Shown here in pieces: positions 48,309-57,752 of a stretch of DNA of 64,000 bases. The DNA is taken from contig OY761159.2 in assembly GCA_963664395.2 (NCBI GenBank), positions 736,001-800,000 on the forward strand. Direction: 5' to 3'. Positions within the stretch are counted from its first letter, which is position 1; every line of letters begins with the position of its first letter. A program made the translations under genes and the position numbers. The stretch comes from Candidatus Binatia bacterium. Lineage in GTDB: Bacteria; Desulfobacterota; Binatia; Bin18. The notes under the pieces are model-generated. The model saw only the letters and a list, made by a program, of their open reading frames with translations. It was not told the origin of the DNA and made no database searches.

Positions 48309-48961
48309 CACTGCTGGTGGTCCATCTCGGTATGGGGCTCCTCAACCCCACAGTTAAGCGGCGGCTCTTCCACCTCGCTGATGGCATACAGGCCGTCACC
48401 CACGGAGCGAATGTGATACACCTCTCCCAACGTCCGCACCGTGCCGGCCACGGCCTCCCCGTTGACCACCAGCGTCATCGTGCCGAGCGGCTCTTCGACC
48501 AGATGGCCCGCCACGGAATAGCCGCCTGAAAACGTCGGCGCGGTCTGTTCGACAATGCCCGTGACCACGACGTCGTCGAACAGATTAAAGGTCAGGGTCG
48601 TGCCCGGCGGGGGGGCCGTACTGGACTTGTCCCGGCGGGCGGACACATCTCTGGTGTGAACGCGCTGGCCGGGGGACTCCACCGCCGCCCGCGCCTGCTG
48701 GACTTGCCCCAGGTCCATGGCCACCACCCGGCTACGCAGCGTCAGCTCGGCGGCGGGGAGGGATGCCGGGGGCGGTTCAGCGACCGGCGTAAAGAGGTCG
48801 GCGGCCTGCGCGCTGCCCGACAGGCCGACCACGATCAGTAGCCAGAGCGTGACGGTGGGGCGCCACCGGGGGGCGGCGGCCCAGTGGGCTCCCAGAATGT
48901 CATCAATCCTATACATTGCTTCCCTCGCCGCCTGGGACCATACACCATTGCGTCGCGTCAT
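48308..48961 (-). CDS. Stand-alone secreted reprolysin pro-domain with a cysteine-switch motif
   Basis: RBS ggagg, signal peptide ending SAQA|A, beta-rich body (L.FNLFDD, G.V.T....Y.I) and C-terminal PLNCGV. Stop overlaps the protease start (TGATG). Alternative start at 48916. Confidence 0.75.
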   Translation of the reverse strand: MTRRNGVWSQAAREAMYRIDDILGAHWAAAPRWRPTVTLWLLIVVGLSGSAQAADLFTPVAEPPPASLPAAELTLRSRVVAMDLGQVQQARAAVESPGQRVHTRDVSARRDKSSTAPPPGTTLTFNLFDDVVVTGIVEQTAPTFSGGYSVAGHLVEEPLGTMTLVVNGEAVAGTVRTLGEVYHIRSVGDGLYAISEVEEPPLNCGVEEPHTEMDHQQ

Positions 48962-49191
48962 ATACCTCCAAAATGGGAGGAAATTTACATATAGGCGGCA
49001 GGTTCCACGGGAGGGGAGTCCCGTGGCGCGGCGGGCACGTGCGCGGGGAGACGCTCCGCGTGTCACCGCGCTACCAGGCAGGCCCCGCTCATCCGACGCA
49101 ACGTATTGATTCTTCCTGCCTCAGCGTTTACGATTCGGACACATTTTTTCCGCTGTAGCCCTGCATAACCATTTCGCAAAGGAGTGAACTC

Positions 49192-51117
49192 ATGGCGACC
49201 GCCAGCCGCATTGATGCCATCCCCCTGCCACCGCTGGAGGTCTCTTTCGACCCCATCACTTTCAGTGTGATCCGCAACCGTTTTGAAGCCATCGGTCAGG
49301 AGATGACCCTGGCGATGGAGCAGACGGCCTGGACCTCGGTCATCGCCCTGGCGCGCGACTACTCGTGCATGATCTACGACGCCCATTCGAGCGGTCCGCG
49401 GCAGGTCACCATGGCCGATTGCCTGCCCATCCACTGCAACAGCATTCGGACCCTGCTGATGGAAATCGTCGCCGTATTCAAAGACGAAATCCACGACGGC
49501 GACGTGTATATGTCGAACGATCCCTATCGGGGCAACACCCACATCCCGGACCTGGTAACGGCCCAGCCGGTCTTCGTTGACGGCGAGCAGGTGTTCTGGA
49601 CGGTGGCGCGCGGCCATCAGCTCGATACCGGTGCCATCGAAGCGTCGAGCATCGTGCCTGCGGCAAAGACCATCTTCCAGGAAGGCATCGTCATTCCGCC
49701 GACCAAGCTGATCGACCGCGGCGTCGAACGCCACGATATCGTCGAGCTGTATCTCTCCAATGTACGCTACCGGGACGCGCTGCACGGAGACCTGCGCGCC
49801 CAACTCGGCGCCTGCGGCGTGGCCCGCAAGGGCCTGATCGAACTGTGCCAGCAGTACGGTCGCGATGAGGTGATGCGCTATAGCGACGGTCTCATGGACT
49901 ACGCCGACCAGCGCGCGACAGAGGAGTTTCTGAAAATTCCCGACGGCGTCTACCACGGCGAGACCTGGACGGACACCGACGGCAACGGCGCCACGGACAT
50001 TCCGATTCGAGCCACGATCACCAAGAAGGGCGCGGATATCCACGTGCACTACAGCGGCGGGCCGCCGTCCACCGGCTCGTTCAACGGGACCTATGCGGTC
50101 ATGATGGCGACCTCGACCATCCCCTTCCTGTACTACATTGATTCGGACATTCCGCATAACCACGGCGTGCTACAACACATCAGCGCCGACGCCGACGACA
50201 ACACCATCTGCCTGGCCAAGTGGCCGGCTGCGGTTGCAGGCGCAACCCAGAATCCGGCCGACCCCATGCACGACGTCATCAATATCGCCATGGCCGAAGC
50301 CATTCCCGATCGTGTTCCTGCCGGCGGGGCGCATACCGCCCACATCCCGAACTTCAACGGGGTCGATTCGAGAACCGGCAAGGAGTGGGGCTGCATGCTG
50401 TTCAACAGCGGCGGCGGCCAGGGCGCGGCAAAGGACGCCGATGGCTGGCCGGTCCTGTGTACCATTGCCGGCATGGGCGGGCTCACCTCGGCCTCGGTCG
50501 AGCAGTTGGAGCTGCTGTATCCGCTCCGCGTCGATCAGAATGAAATCGAGACCGACGCCCTGGGCATGGGGAAATGGATCGGCGGCCCCGGACTGCGCAC
50601 CTGCTATCGCCCGATCGCCGGAGATATGGAATGCGTCGGCTTTGGCGAGGGCTTGAAGAACCCGCCGCACGGGGTGAACGGCGGCACCATGAGCCCAGGC
50701 GGCGGCATTTATATCGAGCACGCGGACGGCCGGCGGACCTTTACCTCTTCCGCGGGACAGCTTCTGATTCGCGAAGGCGAGACCTGGAATGGCGTGTCCG
50801 CGGGCGGCGGCGGCTGGGGCAATCCGCTCGACCGCGACCCGGAACAAGTGCGCCGCGACCTGCGGGACGAGTGGATCAGCGCTGACGCCGCCCGCAATGT
50901 GTTCGGCATAGTCGTCAAGGACGATCTTGAGCGCAGCCTCGACGTTGCCGCAACCGAGCAACTCCGAGCCGAACTGCGCAAGACCGAGCGCCCGATGATC
51001 GAACCGACCATCCCCGCCGCGGGGACCTGGACCAAGGAGAACATGCGCCCCGGCGACCGCTATCTCGAAGCCCCGACTATCGCCCGGAACTTCAGCGACA
51101 TGCCGAAGGAGGCGTAA
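49192..51117 (+). CDS. Hydantoinase B/5-oxoprolinase-family subunit
   Basis: DPITF.VI, SNDPY.GNTH.PD, GHQLD.G, EQLE..YP, G...GGPG and GGGGWGNP motifs. Confidence 0.9.
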   Translation: MATASRIDAIPLPPLEVSFDPITFSVIRNRFEAIGQEMTLAMEQTAWTSVIALARDYSCMIYDAHSSGPRQVTMADCLPIHCNSIRTLLMEIVAVFKDEIHDGDVYMSNDPYRGNTHIPDLVTAQPVFVDGEQVFWTVARGHQLDTGAIEASSIVPAAKTIFQEGIVIPPTKLIDRGVERHDIVELYLSNVRYRDALHGDLRAQLGACGVARKGLIELCQQYGRDEVMRYSDGLMDYADQRATEEFLKIPDGVYHGETWTDTDGNGATDIPIRATITKKGADIHVHYSGGPPSTGSFNGTYAVMMATSTIPFLYYIDSDIPHNHGVLQHISADADDNTICLAKWPAAVAGATQNPADPMHDVINIAMAEAIPDRVPAGGAHTAHIPNFNGVDSRTGKEWGCMLFNSGGGQGAAKDADGWPVLCTIAGMGGLTSASVEQLELLYPLRVDQNEIETDALGMGKWIGGPGLRTCYRPIAGDMECVGFGEGLKNPPHGVNGGTMSPGGGIYIEHADGRRTFTSSAGQLLIREGETWNGVSAGGGGWGNPLDRDPEQVRRDLRDEWISADAARNVFGIVVKDDLERSLDVAATEQLRAELRKTERPMIEPTIPAAGTWTKENMRPGDRYLEAPTIARNFSDMPKEA

Positions 51118-51119
51118 AC

Positions 51120-53186
51120 ATGGGGCATCGAGTCGGCATCGATATCGGCGGCACCTTCACAGATGTAGTCCTGCTGCGCGACGACGGGACATTCCATGTC
51201 TATAAAGAAGACTCGACTCCCGACCAGCCGCTGCTGGCAATTACGCGGGGGCTCAGCGGGCTGGCCGAGGAAGCCGGGACCACGGTCGCAGAGCTTTTGC
51301 GCGAGACGGAATTTCTGGTCCATGGCCAGACCATGGCAACCAATGCGCTGATCCAGCGCAACGGTCCGGTCATCGGACTGCTGTGCACCCAGGGCTTTCG
51401 CGACATCATGTATCTGGGCCGCGGCGGCAAGCCCGAGCGGTTCAACATCCATCTCCAGAAGCCCGAGGACTTTATTCCCCGCTATTTGCGCCTGGGCATT
51501 CCCGAACGCATCAGCGCGGACGGCTCCGAAATCCTGCCGCTCGACGAAGAGGCCATTCGCAACGCGGCCCGGCGCTTCGGTGCCCACGGCGTCAAAGCGG
51601 TTGCCGTTGCGTACTTGTGGTCCATCGTCGATTCGAGCCACGAAAAGCGCACCGCCGAGATCGTGCGCGAGGAGCTGCCCGGCGTCGATGTGCTGTGCTC
51701 CTGTGATGTCCTGCCCGAGATTCGGGAATGGGAGCGCACCTCGGCAACCGTACTGTCGGCCTATATCGCGCCCATCATCGGCGACTATCTGCGCGCCTTT
51801 GAAAAAGAGATGGCAGCCGGCGGCCTGCCCCACCCGCCGCAGATCATGCAGGTCAACGGCGGCTGTGCCTCGGTTGAGGACCTTTTGGCGCGGCCTGTCA
51901 ACGCGGTGGCCTCGGGTCCCGCGGCTGGCCCGGCGGCGGGTGCGCACTACGCCTCGGATACCAAAGCCCCCGACCGGCTGATCATTATCGACATGGGCGG
52001 AACCAGCTTCGACGTTTGCATGCTGCGCGACAGCGAACCGGTCATGTCAACCGATATTCGGGTCGCACATCAGCCCATCGGGGTGAACGGGGTCGAGGTG
52101 CTGTCGATCGGCGCCGGCGGCGGCTCCATTGCCTGGCTCGACAGCGGCAAGGCGCTGCGGGTCGGGCCGCAGAGCGCGGGTTCCCAGCCGGGGCCGGCCT
52201 GTTACGGCCGGGGTGGTCGTGCGCCCGCAGTCACCGACGCCAACCTGGCCGTCGGGCGAATGTCGTCCGGGGCGTTTCTGGGCGGGCGGCGTTCTCTCAG
52301 CGAGCACCTGGCGCAGCGAGCCATTGCCGAGCATATTGCCACGCCGCTGGGGCTGTCGGTCCGCGAGGCCGCGGCCGGTATCCTGACCATTGTGAACTCG
52401 AATATGGCCTCGGCCATCCGGGCGGTCTCGATTGAGCGCGGCATCGATCCCCGCGACTATGTCATGGTCGCGGGCGGTGGGGCCGGTGGCCTGCACGCGG
52501 CCGAGCTGGCCCGTATGCTTGAGATCGGCGAGGTGCTGATTCCGCGTTCCGCGGGCGGCCTGTGCGCGTTCGGCATGGCGGTCACCCCGGTGCGGCACGA
52601 CTACGTGCGCCTGCACCACTGCTATACAAATCGGCCGGACGCGGCCACGAGCATCGCTCAGGTGTTTGACGAGCTGATCGCCCAGGGTGGCTCCCATCTT
52701 AAGGAGGAGGGCTTCAAGCCCGAGGAGATTCGTTTTGCCCGGCATCTTGAAGGACGCTATCCGGGTCAGGTGCACAACCTGACTGTGCCGCTGCCCGAAG
52801 GACCGATTGACGCCGATCTCTTGCGGCGACTCGAAGCCGACTTTCATGACGAGCACGAGCGGCGCTTTACCTATTCGATGCGCGACCAGCCCATCGAGTG
52901 CCTGCACTGGCGCATCGCCGCCACGGGCAACCGACCTGCTCCTGAAGGACGGCTGGCCACGCAGTCCGGGGGTGGGTCAAAATCCACCAGCCGGCGCAGG
53001 GCCTATATGGCCGGGGTCAATGCCGAGGTGGAAACCGAGATTTATCAGGGCGACGCGCTGGCGGCGGGTGACCGGCTGACCGGCCCGGCCATCGTTGAGT
53101 TCGCCACAACCACGGTGGTCGTCAATCCGGATGACCGACTGACCGTCCAGGCCGACGGCAGCTCTCTGCTGACGATTGCCCTCTAA
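51120..53186 (+). CDS. Hydantoinase A/5-oxoprolinase-family ATP-binding subunit
   Basis: GIDIGGTFTD, HG.T.ATNA, SGPAAG, DMGGTSFD, IGAGGGS and GGAGGLH motifs. Confidence 0.92.
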   Translation: MGHRVGIDIGGTFTDVVLLRDDGTFHVYKEDSTPDQPLLAITRGLSGLAEEAGTTVAELLRETEFLVHGQTMATNALIQRNGPVIGLLCTQGFRDIMYLGRGGKPERFNIHLQKPEDFIPRYLRLGIPERISADGSEILPLDEEAIRNAARRFGAHGVKAVAVAYLWSIVDSSHEKRTAEIVREELPGVDVLCSCDVLPEIREWERTSATVLSAYIAPIIGDYLRAFEKEMAAGGLPHPPQIMQVNGGCASVEDLLARPVNAVASGPAAGPAAGAHYASDTKAPDRLIIIDMGGTSFDVCMLRDSEPVMSTDIRVAHQPIGVNGVEVLSIGAGGGSIAWLDSGKALRVGPQSAGSQPGPACYGRGGRAPAVTDANLAVGRMSSGAFLGGRRSLSEHLAQRAIAEHIATPLGLSVREAAAGILTIVNSNMASAIRAVSIERGIDPRDYVMVAGGGAGGLHAAELARMLEIGEVLIPRSAGGLCAFGMAVTPVRHDYVRLHHCYTNRPDAATSIAQVFDELIAQGGSHLKEEGFKPEEIRFARHLEGRYPGQVHNLTVPLPEGPIDADLLRRLEADFHDEHERRFTYSMRDQPIECLHWRIAATGNRPAPEGRLATQSGGGSKSTSRRRAYMAGVNAEVETEIYQGDALAAGDRLTGPAIVEFATTTVVVNPDDRLTVQADGSSLLTIAL

Positions 53187-53216
53187 CAATTTTTCTCTAA
53201 CAAAAGGAGAGCCTGC

Positions 53217-53963
53217 ATGTCGGGTGTCATGATCGTGACGGGAGGCAGTCGCGGCATTGGAGCCGCTATTGCACGCCGGGCGGCGCGGGCCGGGTTTGAC
53301 GTGTGCGTCAATTATGCGCGCGCCAAAGACCGGGCCGAAGAGGTGGTCCACGACGTGATACAGGCCGGGCAACGGGCTATTGCCGTGCAGGCCGACGCGG
53401 GAACGGAAGCCGGTGTCGTTGAGCTGTTTCGCCGAACCGATGCCGAGCTCGGCCCGGTCACCGCCCTGGTGAATAATGCCGCGATCGATTATGAGACCGC
53501 GGTCGTCGACGCCGAGTTGGAGCGCGTCCGGGGCGTTTTTGATCTCAATATCTTTGGCGTGTTCGTGAGCGCCCGCGAGGCCATCAAGCGCATGTCCACC
53601 AAACGCGGTGGCACCGGCGGCGTGATCGTCAACGTCGGCTCCGTTTCCTCGCGCTACGGCGGGCTGCCCGGCGACGTGGTCTACGCCTCAAGCAAGGGCG
53701 CGCTTGATTCCTTTACCCTGGGCCTGTCCAGAGAAGTCGGGCCTGAGGGGATTCGGGTCTGTTGCGTGCGGCCTGGGATTACCCGGACGGAAATTTTTGA
53801 GGCGAGTATCGGCATTGAACGCGCCGAAGCCATCGCCAAGGCACAGACGGTCCTGGGACGCATCTGCGAACCCGAAGAGGTGGCTAATCTGGTGGTCTGG
53901 ATCTGCACGGATGAGGCCTCGTACGTCACCACGACGATCTACGATATTTCGGGCGGACGCTGA
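53217..53963 (+). CDS. SDR-family oxidoreductase
   Basis: TGGSRGIG, NNAA and YASSK motifs. Confidence 0.9.
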   Translation: MSGVMIVTGGSRGIGAAIARRAARAGFDVCVNYARAKDRAEEVVHDVIQAGQRAIAVQADAGTEAGVVELFRRTDAELGPVTALVNNAAIDYETAVVDAELERVRGVFDLNIFGVFVSAREAIKRMSTKRGGTGGVIVNVGSVSSRYGGLPGDVVYASSKGALDSFTLGLSREVGPEGIRVCCVRPGITRTEIFEASIGIERAEAIAKAQTVLGRICEPEEVANLVVWICTDEASYVTTTIYDISGGR

Positions 53964-53994
53964 ACAGGTCACGTTAATATAAGGAGAAACCAGC

Positions 53995-55944
53995 ATGACC
54001 AGCGCCATACAGGACATACAGGCAGACCACGCGCAGACCCTCCCGACGCATCCCCTGGAGCCGCTGAGCCGGAGCGAGATTGAGCGCGGCGTGGCCATCC
54101 TCAGCGGCTCGGGCGAGCTGAGCGGCCAGCTCGCCTTCTCCAGCGTCAGTCTGGTCGAGCCGCCCAAAGATGAGGTCAAGACCTTTACCCCAGGCGCGCC
54201 GTTTACTCGGGTGCTGCGCTTTCTGGGGGTGGACGAATCTGCCAACGGGAGGCAGGCGGGCAGTTTTGACGCACGGGTCAATATCACGACCGGAGAGCTG
54301 CTTGAGGTGCAGCGCCTTAGCGGCGGACAGGCCCCATTTGGGGGGCGAGACTTGGTGCAATCGATCAAGCTCACCAAAGCCGACCCGGCCTGGCAGGCCG
54401 CGGTCAGACGGCGCGGCGTCGAGGATATGGGCCGGGTGCAAATCGATATGTGGCCGGGCAGCGGTCCCCTGCCCGACGGCGTGGACGCCACCCACCGTCT
54501 GGCCCGGACGATTGCTTTTGTGCGCGAAGACAAGACCGACAACGGCTATGCCCGCCCGCTCCAGGGTCTGATTGCCCATGTGGATTTGACCGAAGGACGG
54601 GTGGCTCATCTGGAAGATCATGGCGTGACAGCCATACCGCCGGAGAGCGGACGCTACGAGGCCACTCATCAGCCTGCGCTGCGGACCGATTTGAAACCGA
54701 TTGCCATTACCCAGCCCGAGGGGCCGAGTTTCCGCGTCGATGGGCACGCGGTGGAATGGCAGAAGTGGTCGTTCCGGGTCGGCATGCACCCCCAGCACGG
54801 CCTGGTCCTGCATACCCTGAGTTATGACGATGCCGGGCAGCGGCGGTCGATCCTGTATCGCGCCTCGCTGGCGGACATGGTGGTGCCCTATGGCGACCGC
54901 GACCCCATGCACACCTGGAAACACGTGCTGGATGCCAGCGAGGCGAGTGTGGGCAATCTGGCCAATTCGCTCAGCCTGGGCTGCGATTGTCTGGGCGAAA
55001 TCCATTATTTTGATATGCCCACACTGCTGGCCGACGGGTCCGTCTATACAATCGAAAACGCCATCTGCATGCATGAAGAAGATTACGGCGTGCTGTGGAA
55101 GCATCGCGACCTGCTGTCCGCGACCACGGAAGTCCGGCGCTCGCGGCGTTTGGTGGTCAGCTCGTTCTTTACGGTCGGGAATTATGAGTATGGCTTCTTC
55201 TGGTATTTATACCTGGACGGCACGATTCAGATGGAGGTCAAGCTGACCGGCATCGTCGGCGTCAGCGCGGTTGAAACCGGGGCCGAGCAGCCCGAGTTCG
55301 CTCCGCTCATTGCGCCCAACCTGGCCTCCCCGATTCACCAGCATCTGTTCTGTTTCCGGCTCGATTTCGATGTGGACGGTGAGAACAACTCGGTCTACGA
55401 GGTCGAGGTCGAACCCGTGCCGCACGGGCCGGACAATCCGCACGGGACGCAGTTCCGGGCCAAGACCACGCTCTTAGCATCCGAGGATGTCGCCCGGCGG
55501 AACATTAACCCGCAGGCCGGCCGGAGCTGGAAGATCGTCAACCCACAGCGGACCAACCGGCTGGGGGTGCCGGTCGGCTATAAGCTGCTTGCCGGCGCAA
55601 CACCGACCCTGTTTGCCCAGGCGGACTCCTATGTGGGGCAACGGGCCGGGTTTGGCCAGCATAATCTATGGGTCACCGCGTTTACGCCGGACGAACTCAG
55701 CGCGGCTGGCGACATCACGCTCCAGAGTCCCGGCGGAGAGGGCCTGCTACGCTATTCACGCGGACGCGATATCGAGAACACCGACATCGTTGTCTGGCAT
55801 ACCTTTGGCCTCACGCATATTCCGCGGCCTGAAGATTGGCCGGTGATGCCGGTCGAGTATGCCGGCTTCAGCCTGATGCCGGTCGGCTTTTTTGAACGCA
55901 ACCCCGCCCTGGACGTGCCGCCCAGTCCGCACGCGTGCAAATAA
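53995..55944 (+). CDS. tynA: Copper/TPQ primary-amine oxidase (cytoplasmic, AGAO-like)
   Basis: HPL.PLS..EI, catalytic Asp in VLDASE, TPQ motif TVGNYEY, and Cu ligands HQH and TH.PRPEDWPVMP. Confidence 0.9.
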   Translation: MTSAIQDIQADHAQTLPTHPLEPLSRSEIERGVAILSGSGELSGQLAFSSVSLVEPPKDEVKTFTPGAPFTRVLRFLGVDESANGRQAGSFDARVNITTGELLEVQRLSGGQAPFGGRDLVQSIKLTKADPAWQAAVRRRGVEDMGRVQIDMWPGSGPLPDGVDATHRLARTIAFVREDKTDNGYARPLQGLIAHVDLTEGRVAHLEDHGVTAIPPESGRYEATHQPALRTDLKPIAITQPEGPSFRVDGHAVEWQKWSFRVGMHPQHGLVLHTLSYDDAGQRRSILYRASLADMVVPYGDRDPMHTWKHVLDASEASVGNLANSLSLGCDCLGEIHYFDMPTLLADGSVYTIENAICMHEEDYGVLWKHRDLLSATTEVRRSRRLVVSSFFTVGNYEYGFFWYLYLDGTIQMEVKLTGIVGVSAVETGAEQPEFAPLIAPNLASPIHQHLFCFRLDFDVDGENNSVYEVEVEPVPHGPDNPHGTQFRAKTTLLASEDVARRNINPQAGRSWKIVNPQRTNRLGVPVGYKLLAGATPTLFAQADSYVGQRAGFGQHNLWVTAFTPDELSAAGDITLQSPGGEGLLRYSRGRDIENTDIVVWHTFGLTHIPRPEDWPVMPVEYAGFSLMPVGFFERNPALDVPPSPHACK

Positions 55945-56096
55945 GAGGGAGCAGAAAACTATCCCCTCTTGGGAGGGAATTATATACAATTTTACCCGCC
56001 GCAAGGGGGCGGCCCCTATCTTCTCCCCGCTCGCACCTCTTCAAGCGCAACCAGGATTTGGCGCGTTACCAGTTCTTCCATAGGGAGGAGAATAAA

Positions 56097-56122
56097 AAAG
56101 CCCGGCTGATTGACCGGGCTTT
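56097..56122 (-). terminator. Rho-independent terminator for the cassette passenger genes
   Basis: aaagcccgg-N8-ccgggcttt with a T run on the minus strand, just after the 55-aa ORF. Confidence 0.7.
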
Positions 56123-56151
56123 AGACAGGGACGGATTATCGGACTACTTGA

Positions 56152-56319
56152 TTAAATTAGGCCCTTCTTATGCATCTCTTTTACTAAGCTGACCATTTCT
56201 TCAGCAGAATCTGCCGCCTCCTCCAGTCCTTTTCTCATGTTAGTCGTTTCATTCTTGAGGTCTTCAAAACTCTTGTCTGTTTCCAATTCAAGTGAGGAAA
56301 TTTCCCTTATTGTGCTCAT
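56152..56319 (-). CDS. 55-aa helical hypothetical protein (cassette passenger)
   Basis: MSTIREISSLELETDKSF...KKGLI; RBS aggagg; ATGA overlap with the upstream ORF. Confidence 0.55.
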   Translation of the reverse strand: MSTIREISSLELETDKSFEDLKNETTNMRKGLEEAADSAEEMVSLVKEMHKKGLI

Positions 56320-56620
56320 ATAGGACCTCCTGCCTGATTGACGTATCCTTTCAATAGTCCCGTAACCTCTCCGAGGGCATTATTCATTCTAAGAATGTTG
56401 TCATTGGCCTTTCTAAGGTCATCTCGGACTTCATCAATCCGCTCGTTCAGTCTCTTCTCGATAGCTTCTATCCGTTCTTTTTGTTGTTTCTCAGTGGCTT
56501 CATTCGCTTGGTGCATTTCACGCCGATAGTTAGCCATAATTCTCCAAAACAACCCGCCCCCGGAATTAGTAATGCAATGATAGGAATCGCCCAGTCTGCG
56601 AGAAGATCACCACCTGTCAT
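56316..56620 (-). pseudogene. Small membrane-anchored coiled-coil protein with a frameshift near 56560
   Basis: MTGGDLLADWAIPIIALLI continues in another frame as GLFWRIMANYRRE...coiled coil, across a ccggggcggg run. Confidence 0.5.
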
Positions 56621-57201
56621 GTTTTTACTTCTTCATACCGCCACTGCTTCTTAGGTGGTCCCATCATAGCAGCGCGGGCTATATTCTCCGGTGTGTCCAG
56701 GATAGGATCAGGCATGGGTCGGGCAGGACGCCCACCCACATTAGACGCAGGGGGTACGCTTGTGTGGCTCCTTTTTTTGAGTTTTCATTTTACACCTCCA
56801 AAAATAGCTGTAGCTATTTCTAGCATCGACATTAGCGCAAGCTGTTGGGAATTACAATTCCTGCTGAAGGAAGTGGGAAAGCCGGGAAAATTGGAAGAAT
56901 GGCAAGCGGAGACGTATGGGTGCGCATCTCCGTAGAGTGGGTAAAATTGTATATAATTCCCTCAGCGGCGGGGTGGGTTGTCCCCCGCCTGGCGGCCACC
57001 GCGCGTCTGGCGAGCGCGGGTTCCTGGGAATGTGCATCACACGTCCCAGGAGGGGAAGCGGAGAGCGCCTGGCGTACCGCTTCTGGCTCTCGGTCGATAA
57101 CGACCAGATGACGTTTTGCCTCCTCTTTATAAGCCGAAGCAATTTCCGCCGAGATGGCTCGCAGTTCATTCCGTTCGTCCTCGTCCGTCACACTCCTATG
57201 C

Positions 57202-57230
57202 TTGACAGACGATTTGTGGTCTTTCAAGCT
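57202..57230 (+). promoter_or_regulatory. Possible sigma70 promoter for the Mo-hydroxylase/sox operon
   Basis: TTGACA-17bp-CAAGCT upstream of the RBS aaggag. Confidence 0.35.
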
Positions 57231-57268
57231 ATGCGGGAAAGCGTGTTTCCGAGGAAAAAGGAGACGGC

Positions 57269-57742
57269 ATGATTGCACTGACCGTGAACGGAACGGAACA
57301 CCGCGTAGATGTCAGCTCAGACATGCGGCTGCTGTGGGTTTTACGTGACATCCTGGGGCTGACCGGGACGAAATTCGGCTGCGGCATGTCCTTGTGTGGG
57401 GCCTGCACCGTCCATCTGGATGGCGAACCGGTACGCTCGTGCGTTATGCCGGTCTCCATTGCCGCGGGCAAGAAAATTACGACTATAGAAGGGCTCTCCC
57501 CAGACGGCAGCCACCCTTTACAGCAGGCCTGGGTTGCTCATCAAGTGCCGCAGTGCGGGTATTGTCAGACAGGTATGATTATGTCGGCCGCCGCGCTGCT
57601 GAAAAAAAAGCCACACCCAACCGATGCCGACATCAACGAAGCCGTGACGAATATTTGCCGGTGTGGGACGTATACGCGTATTCGGGCCGCCATTCATACG
57701 GCCGCCAAAAAATCCGGCTCGAACGACGGGATGAAGGGATAA
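57269..57742 (+). CDS. 2Fe-2S small subunit of an isoquinoline 1-oxidoreductase-like Mo-hydroxylase
   Basis: GTKFGCG..LCGACTV, QCGYCQ and NICRCGTY motifs. Confidence 0.92.
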   Translation: MIALTVNGTEHRVDVSSDMRLLWVLRDILGLTGTKFGCGMSLCGACTVHLDGEPVRSCVMPVSIAAGKKITTIEGLSPDGSHPLQQAWVAHQVPQCGYCQTGMIMSAAALLKKKPHPTDADINEAVTNICRCGTYTRIRAAIHTAAKKSGSNDGMKG

Positions 57743-57752
57743 GGACACGCCG

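Larger units (their letters stand above)
55975..56961. mobile_element. Non-autonomous cassette with IS1595-family-like terminal inverted repeats and passenger ORFs
   Basis: Perfect 25-bp inverted repeat gagggaattatatacaattttaccc (55973-55997 / 56939-56963), with weaker similarity continuing inward. Interior is AT-richer. No transposase and no target-site duplication seen. Confidence 0.7.

Noticed and set aside
48290-48330. Pro-domain/protease split as a simple frameshift pseudogene
   Set aside because: The downstream ORF has its own complete signal peptide and TGATG coupling, which a random frameshift would not produce.
40541-49086. Short inverted match (cctgcctggt / accaggcagg) flanking the protease operon as possible transposon ends
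   Set aside because: Only about 10 bp identical in GC-rich DNA, with no target duplication and no transposase; compatible with chance.
56832-57278. 148-aa minus-strand ORF crossing the cassette's right end as a possible transposase
   Set aside because: It runs through the inverted repeat and REP DNA and has no DDE or zinc-ribbon motifs.
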